Below are positions 57,021 through 64,000 of a DNA stretch of 64,000 bases, one piece after another. Position 1 is the first letter of the stretch. Each line of letters starts with the position of its first letter. The stretch lies in assembly GCA_000004985.1 (NCBI GenBank), contig GG738892.1. The stretch is one strand, 5' to 3'. The DNA is from Naegleria gruberi. Its lineage: Eukaryota. Below the pieces are notes generated by a model. That model was not told the DNA's origin and searched no databases. It saw only the letters and a list, made by a program, of their open reading frames with translations. Position numbers and translations under genes: made by a program.

Positions 57021-60000
57021 CTACCTTCTCCTTGTGTTTTTCTTTTCTCTAGAATGTGTAATGACACAGTACAATTTCTTATGGGATTCAGATGGATTAC
57101 TAGTAGATGTACCTTCACTGTCAGATTCTTGATCCTTATTATTGGCACCAACATCAACCACTTCAGAGTAGCATCTGTAATGATAGTAAAAACCACTCAT
57201 AAACATGATATTGTCCTCCTTTGTCATTGTAAGCCTTTGCCCACAGAGAGCACATCTGCCACCAATTCTAACTTTGACACCCTTTCTTTGTTGTTTGAAT
57301 AATTGAGCACTTTGTTGTTTAAGATCGGCTTGGAGAATTTCCTGACAACCTTCTTGAAGTGTTTTCTGTTGTGAAAAATCAGTAATGAGTCTTGTTAACT
57401 TCTTCTTGAGTCCTTCAATGTCCATTTGCTCTGGAATCTTTCTTACGAGAGCAGATGGGTCAATATAATCCGAACCATGCTCAGAAATGTGATCCATAAG
57501 TCCAGAAATGAATTTTGGCTTTTTTAAACTCTTATTGAGTAAATTTTGGTACAATTCGCTATCTGGTTGTTTTTCAACAAATTCAATAGCTAAAGTAACA
57601 TCTTCAAGCTTGTCAATAATCAATGCCAGGGCTTCGTTGGTGTTACCCATTCTTCCTAATAAATAAACGATTCCTTTGTACAATTGTTTGTTTCTTTCTT
57701 CTAGAGAGGCATCATCATCATTGGTATTAATATTCTTCTTCTTTTCGTATTGAACAAACTCGGTGGCAATAGTATAGCTCGATTCATCATCGTCCATCAA
57801 GTCATCTTGATCTTCGTTTCTGCCAGTTTTTTCTGATACAGGTACAGTATCTCTCTTGTACAAGTATTCGAAAAACTTGAGTACTGGCTTATTTAAATGT
57901 TGTTCACAAATCTTGAGAGCTTGTTCAATCTTGTAGGATTGACTTTGTTCCAAGAACCAAACAAGTCTCTTTGAGTCAAATTCTGCATACAACTCAACTT
58001 GAATAATGTGGTATCTGTCACGATTGAAATTCTGTACATTATGGTAAAATAAGCCATCCAAGTATTTCAAGAGTTGAACTCTTTCATTCTTCAGTTGTTT
58101 GATGATTTGCTCGACCATGATATTTTCATGATGTTCAACACACAATCTCAAAGCTCTATCTTCATCAAAACTTATCAGGTCCAATATTTTATCTTGCACG
58201 GAGGAAAAAAGTGAGTGGGTTTGAATAAACTCGAAAACGTCTGATCTTTTAAGCTTAAAGTAAATATCAAGAGCTCTGTCATAGTGCTTTTCATACATGA
58301 ACAAGTTTGCCAAAGACTCTTGTAAGAGGGATATCTTTCTGGTGGCTTCTCTGGATTCTTGTTCTTTTCCTTCTAGAGTGGCAATTTTGGCTTCTTGTTC
58401 GAGAACCAAAATTCTTTCAGAGGTTACAGTTGTAATATTTTGAATATTATACAAATCTTGTGGCCATTCTTTGATACACTTGAGGAAGAGGTCAGGAGAG
58501 TTAAGGAGGAAGTAATTCAATTTCATTTCATAAATAGCATCCTTCAACTTTGGTTTGCTAATAGGAATGAATGGAATAATAACATGGAATTGTTTCAAAT
58601 CAATGAAGGAATAAATCCATTCCTCCCACAAATTCTCATCAACACCAGCCACATTCGGGACCATTTGAGCTGCTTCTTTGTATTGCTTGTTTTCCAACAG
58701 GTATCTCAAATACTTTTTGCCAATATCTAACATGGAAATATCCTTGAGTTTGGATTGATTAGCCTCACAATACTTGATAGCATCAAGGTATCTGTTCTTT
58801 TGCATGAGCCATTTGACGTGATCGTCATCATCTCTTGGACGAGCAGCAACAATATCTCTTGGAGAAAGGATATAGTACACTTCTTCTTGCTCATTTCGGT
58901 ATGGAGTTGCAACAGAAGAAGTGTATGCTTCTAATCTATAGTCAGTAGCAAAGTAACTTTCGAAATTCTTGATAGAGAGAGCATCACATGATTTTTCTTC
59001 ACCTTTCAAGTCCATAATTCTCAATTCTGGTCTTGGAGCAACCAATTTCTTCTTTGGCTTCTCATTAGCATTGTCCTCATCTCTTTCTTCATCTTCATCA
59101 TATGCCAATATGAGAAGACTGTCTTCATTTGAGTATGGAACAATACCAGAAATGTAAAACTCGACCTCAAACATTGCCAAAACTTCCACATATCTTTGAG
59201 ATTTTTGTTCCTTTGCATTTCTTCTTTCCTTGATTACAATTAAAGTTACACTCTGACCCCAACCAATTAAAAGTTGAGCCAAGCTCTTGGAATCCTTATT
59301 GTCAGATTGTTTGTTATCAACTGTAAACCTATCTGGTTGACACCAAGTCAGACAAGGTCTGTACATGTCTGGTCTAGGTGCTGATGAAGAACGTGAAATA
59401 TATGTAATTTTCTGATTAGAAACAATATCATAAACCTTGACACCAAAATCATTGGCCCAAGCAATAAAATCTCCAAACCATCTCACAGCATGAATTTCTC
59501 CTTCATCTTTGTGTATTACTAATTCCTTGTATGAAAACCAACCCTTCCTTTTCATTGTTAATTTTCCAGTTTTTCCACCACTAATTACAGACTTGTCACT
59601 CCTTGTAGAATATAATGGATCCAAAGCAACAGATTTCATTGGTCTATTGAAGAAAAATTCCATTAAATTACCTTCCTGTGCATTTCCAGACCCTCCTGAA
59701 ATAGAAGAGGCTACATTTGTTAGCATACTATTTCCTGTTATGACTGTATTAGCATCGGAATTAGGATCGAGGATCTTTTTATGAACTGTAGGATTTTGCA
59801 TATTGGCATAAAGGGCAGAATAAATATTGTACACTACCACTTTACCATCATTACTGCAACTTGCAATATATTCACCAGTACTATCTATTGTAAGATCGTT
59901 GATTGTTTCTGCGTGTGGTCTGAATTTTTGTTGTTGATTGTTATTTCCTTCAAAATCCAAAATGTACAAGTATCCCAAGTGAGTTCCCAAAGCAAGAAAC

Positions 60001-60402
60001 TATTAAAATAATATTAATATTAGAATAATAATAAATATTTAATCTTACCTTTTCACCAACCACGAGGGCACTGGCATAATTTCCTTCGATACCGAAAATA
60101 TCTTTTGGCAAACTACCAGCCAGTCTCTGATATTTTAATTGTGGTTCGTATTCTTCCTCTTCTTCACTTTCCTCATCATCATCGTCTTCATCATCATCCT
60201 CATCATCATCATCTTCCTCGTCGTCGTCCTCATCTTCTTCATCGTCATCGTCTTCATCATCATCGTCCTCTTCCTCTTCACTTTCGGGTTGCTTTTTTAA
60301 TTTATTTTTCTTTTCCTCCATTTCATCACCACTTCCACTACTAGATTCTCCCTGATCGAGTGAATCATCATCCTCCTCCAGCAAATTCTTGTTTTTGGAC
60401 AT
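57021..60402 (-). CDS. VPS41: vacuolar protein sorting 41 (HOPS complex subunit VPS41), two exons (60049..60402, 57021..59999)
   Basis: Exon 1 ends EPQLKYQRL...VVGEK. After a 49-nt GTAAGA..AG intron, exon 2 begins FLALGTHLGYLYILDFEGN, matching the human EPKLKYERL...KFLALGTHYGKVYLLD. Further matches are AVRWFGDFIAWANDFGVKVYDI, RPDMYRPCLTW and YYILSPRDIVAARPRDDDDHVKWLMQKNRY. The C-terminus has a clathrin-heavy-chain-repeat region and a RING-H2-like CALCGQ...HYRC zinc finger. Confidence 0.85.
60160..60300. repeat. trinucleotide low-complexity tract (TCA/TCG/TCT)n on the + strand, encoding a poly-Asp/Glu stretch in the VPS41 N-terminus
   Basis: tcatcatcatcgtcttcatcatcatcctcatcatcatcatcttcctcgtcgtcgtcc... 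runs for about 140 nt. Confidence 0.6.
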
Positions 60403-61689
60403 TTTTTTATTTTTATTTTAGATTTTTTCTTCGTGTTGGAAGGGAAGCTTGTCAACCACAAGCAAGATTGAAAAACAATTGACCGTATGATGGAAGGAAA
60501 ACCTTAAATAATTTCTAAACCGATGATGAGACATAATTGATATGCTACTTATTGAATTATACCCTTCGGAAAGAGATTGATTTTCATAGAATATAATATT
60601 AACCCTTAATTCCATCAGAATATGCCTAAAATCAAGATCATTAAGAATGATCGTCAGATGTATCAATGATCAAAAACTTATCGGAACAAGTATTCATTTA
60701 TATCTACAGTATTCAAGAATGTTAATTCATTTTGTGCTTTCGTTTGCTCCTGATTGACCATTCCTCTCGATTTATTAATGGAAAAACTACTGTTCTCTGA
60801 ACAGATCTATCACCACAAATAGTTACAAGATAACGCAAAAAGGTTCTACTATTATTGTGTCTTATCATATTCTTTACTCTCGACACAAGTCCGAAACTCT
60901 GCTGAGAGGCTTTGTAGAGAAACCATCATATCATGAAAGAGTTTATTAAGGTCCACCAAAAGACTTAACCAGAAACAATATCAAGATCACTGCACCACTC
61001 ATTCTCTCTGTATAATAATTTAGATTTAGATAATTTTAATTATCCTCATCTTCATCAAATAAATTGATCAACCACCACCCAATCAATAACTCAAATAAAT
61101 AAATTGGTATGATAATAATTCCTATTCACATGCAAGAATAGAAGTGCAACATTTATGTGTGAAATCAAACTATCATTCTTTGTTCTACTCATCATCTTTC
61201 ATGTGTTGATTTGTTGAGCAGTGTGTTTCGTTGCTCGGAACTCAACTCTAGAGTTTCAACACGATAATTTTAGTAGTCAATGAACAACATCCATGAAAGT
61301 ATGTGTGAGGTCTACCAACAAGATGAACCAGAGGATTTTTAACCGATTTATGTATTCTACTGATCCAAAATGCAATTGAAGCTCGGCAAAGAAGATTCGT
61401 AAATTCCTCGTTTTTGGTCAATTTTAATTGTTTTCTGGTGTATGGTGGGTTAATGGCCGTGTTGGTCAACCTAACCTTAGCTAAAAAATAAAACAACACA
61501 GCACACCTCTGAAGAGTTTCGCTTAGGCTTTTACCCAACACAACAAGCGAACAAGTGAATATAACAAATCAAACCGGTCTGCACTCAACTGATAAAATCT
61601 CAGTTGTTTATTCTTGTCCTCTTTGATAGTACTATAGTTACCATTTAAATAGCTTTTACACACCATTAATATATATATTAATTATCATC

Positions 61690-62942
61690 ATGCCGAGAAG
61701 AATTTCAACATCTGCTGCTAAACGTGCACTCGGGCAAGAGAGTTCCACCACTGCTTCATCACCAGAGAAGGCACCCAAGATGATGAAACTCTCTCCAACC
61801 TCAGAAGATGGTTCAGAATCAAATTGTTCTTCACCAGATGTTGTGGATCGTCCTTCGACATCTATGATGCACCATCAATTCTCGGAATCAAAGCCTACCA
61901 CAACACACTCATCCGAGATGATACAACATGATATTTACCCACAACAACAGTCAAGTCCACCTAAACCAATATCTGTTGCTGTTCCACTGGTTGCTGCTTC
62001 TACAAGCATTGCTCATCAAGTTGACCAATTCTCGCCTCCAGAATGATTGCTACCACTTCCCAACCATCTCTCACAAATACTGCTACCAGTAATAATAATA
62101 ATACAGAGATGGAACAACATCTCAATGATTCTCTCAATACTTCCACTACTATCAATACTGATAACATTCAAGATTTTGACTTTATCATTACTGATCCTGA
62201 TGTAAAGATGCAATTCAAAAAGTCTAGAGACTATAACTTTATTCCATCTTTCCCAAAGGTTTTGTACACTCTCACTTGGAAGCACAAGTATGATCTCAAG
62301 ATTTCATCAGAGAAACCAATATTCCAAGGAGTTCCTCAGAAGCTTATGATGTCTCAAATCAAGATTGAACTGGTAATGGGAAGAGACTTTTCAACACCAT
62401 CCTATGATCATTCAAAGGTTAGACAAAGGGATAGAACCGTCAATGAAGAATCTAGAAAGAAACGTCCACATAGAAAACCAAACGAATCAGAGACTACTAC
62501 ATTGACCTCTGTCTCCAAAGAAAATGATTATTCCATAGTTGTTAGATTTGGTATCAATAGAACATTCTGCTCCAAGAGATTTAACTATGCACCTTTCAGA
62601 TTGAGATTGGATTTCGAATCTGACAAGAATCCATTCACTCTATTCACTCCAATATTCCATACGTTTGCTAAAAAGCTGACTGGATTCACAGTAGTTAATG
62701 TAAATGAAATTCTAAAGAAGAATGGCGAAGCATTGTTACCAGTTGAAAATACAGATGAAGTTTGTACAGATCTCGTTGGTGTTTATAGACCATCTATCCC
62801 TGTTGAGTATGGAGATCAAAGTGAGCAAGGTGAATCCGTTGCCTCATCCTCAAGAACTGGCGCATCATCAAAGGATGCCTCAGAACCAGAAGCCACCAAT
62901 GAAGATGCCAACCTCCTATTGTCTCTCGGAGGGTTGCTTTAA
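61690..62942 (+). CDS. hypothetical Ser/Thr/Asn-rich protein; two ORFs (61690..62046, 62043..62942) overlapping by 4 nt in different frames
   Basis: Both ORFs have similar low-complexity composition. The junction is CCAGAATGATTG, a TGA overlapping an ATG. The downstream ORF has a more ordered C-terminal half. Nothing distinguishes a single frame-shifted gene from two separate genes. Confidence 0.4.
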
Positions 62943-63154
62943 ATTGATTCAAATAAACTTGTTGTTTCAATTGTATTATGAAATCGAATCGATTGGATTA
63001 TTAAGGCTATGAATCTACTCCAAAAACCATCAACAATAAGAAAATCAATCTATTAGAAATATTTTTCAATCATCATTGCTTCCAGTTCATGAAAAGGAGA
63101 GGTTTCCAGTTTGTATACATTGAATTGTTAAATCAATTTCAGTTTGTGAGCCTA

Positions 63155-63847
63155 TTATAAACCAATGCGTCTAAGCAAATTCATAATCTGATCCCGAGAA
63201 TCCCATATTTCAACAGCAGTATCAATATAACCAAGACAATTGCCAAGAGTTGGAGCATACCACTTGCCAACAGTTTTTCCCACCACAAGTGCAGATCTAA
63301 CAATTGCATTCAGTAATGAAATCTGTCCTTCCCTGTACCTTACAACAATATCTCCAAATCGTTTAACACTAAATAACACAGGAACAACATCATTAAACAG
63401 AGTGGATGTCAAACTATTCGAATTGGTTGCTATTGGAGTAGTGTTGGTGCTAATTATTAGATCATTATCGGTCTGGACAACAATTGACTCGTTCATAGTA
63501 TTTGAAATTATTGTTGGAATTTGCTCAATAGACGTCACCCTCCTACTGCTTGCCAATAATGATGATCTCTGCTTAACAATTCGACAGGAAAGTGACGAAT
63601 TATTGAAACAATCCGTTCCTACAGTAACTCCAATTGATAGCAACATGTCTTTCAGAGAACGAACACTGACATTTTGTATTGTTTCCCATGAATGCAATAA
63701 TTCTTCCATTCTTACTTGAAGAGTGGTGTTTGCATCATTTCTTGAAGCAGCAATTAGTGCCTTTTCCAAGTTGTTGGAAACCATCTCACCAGAGTCTCTG
63801 AGAGTATTGGTTATTGATTTTGCTAATTCACGCACGTTGTTGCTCAT
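63155..63847 (-). CDS. hypothetical protein (230 aa)
   Basis: ORF with coding-like composition. An antisense ORF (63240..63719) overlaps it and is presumed spurious. No recognisable domain. Confidence 0.4.
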   Translation of the reverse strand: MSNNVRELAKSITNTLRDSGEMVSNNLEKALIAASRNDANTTLQVRMEELLHSWETIQNVSVRSLKDMLLSIGVTVGTDCFNNSSLSCRIVKQRSSLLASSRRVTSIEQIPTIISNTMNESIVVQTDNDLIISTNTTPIATNSNSLTSTLFNDVVPVLFSVKRFGDIVVRYREGQISLLNAIVRSALVVGKTVGKWYAPTLGNCLGYIDTAVEIWDSRDQIMNLLRRIGL

Positions 63848-64000
63848 TGTGTTGTTGTTGTTGTTTTTATTGTTAAAGAAATAGTTTGGTGTGATGATAA
63901 TTTGTTATGGAGGTCATTTTCTAAAAAAGTGCATTTTGAATTTAGTTCTAATCAATCGCATGTTTAGGTGTTATTTCTAATGGACAAGTAATTGGAGTAA

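Noticed and set aside
1-64000. Prokaryotic defence island, CRISPR array, operons or phage genes
   Set aside because: The window is plainly eukaryotic: spliceosomal introns with GTAAGT donors, 5S rRNA with Pol III T-run terminators, a proteasome lid subunit, TAF10, VPS41 and ubiquitin. I found no direct-repeat/spacer arrays and no polycistronic gene clusters.
1-64000. Ciliate-type reassigned stop codons (TAA/TAG = Gln)
   Set aside because: All well-supported genes (kinase, RPN7, UMPS, GUF1, VPS41, the giant gene) are intact in the standard code and end at TAA or TGA. The single in-frame TAA at about 48756 is reported as a curiosity, not as evidence of reassignment.

Overview
This window is eukaryotic nuclear DNA. 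It is AT-rich, with roughly 63-65% A+T in coding sequence and about 75-80% in introns and spacers. It uses the standard genetic code: a 4,500-codon ORF is uninterrupted, and genes end in TAA or TGA. Gene density is very high, about 35 protein genes in 64 kb, and convergent genes sit 30-150 bp apart. Spliceosomal introns are tiny, 43-93 nt, with GTAAGT, GTATGT or GTAGGT donors and AG acceptors. Nothing prokaryotic is present: no CRISPR array, no operons, no defence-island architecture.

Recognisable genes include:
- a CaMKK-like Ser/Thr kinase;
- a RAD51C-like RecA ATPase;
- proteasome lid subunit RPN7/PSMD6;
- a short-chain dehydrogenase;
- TAF10;
- RPL35A;
- a four-exon SNF2-family (ERCC6/PICH-like) helicase;
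- mitochondrial GUF1/LepA;
- a fused OPRTase-ODCase UMP synthase;
- an ATX1-type copper chaperone split by a 12-nt micro-exon;
- a sigma-class GST;
- VPS41.

RNA genes are a tRNA-Gly(GCC) and two dispersed 5S rRNA genes. The 5S genes flank a tandem di-ubiquitin gene that is unusually divergent from canonical ubiquitin. Next to this cluster are two tandemly duplicated 78-aa two-TM membrane-protein genes (Stum/SPEC3-like) whose upstream regions are GC-rich and palindromic.

The largest feature is a gene of about 14 kb. It encodes a protein of roughly 4,650 aa with two widely spaced, partly degenerate P-loops, which looks like an RNF213/dynein-like AAA+ protein with no detectable RING.

Several low-complexity genes show 4-nt overlapping frame breaks. 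These could be frameshifts, pseudogenisation or assembly indels. The fused UMP synthase argues against a fungus. The Q/N-rich proteins, the density and the intron size fit a compact protist-like genome, for example a dictyostelid-like amoebozoan, or a very compact metazoan; this cannot be settled without a database search. All coordinates I derived by hand (exon edges, RNA ends) may be off by 1-2 nt.
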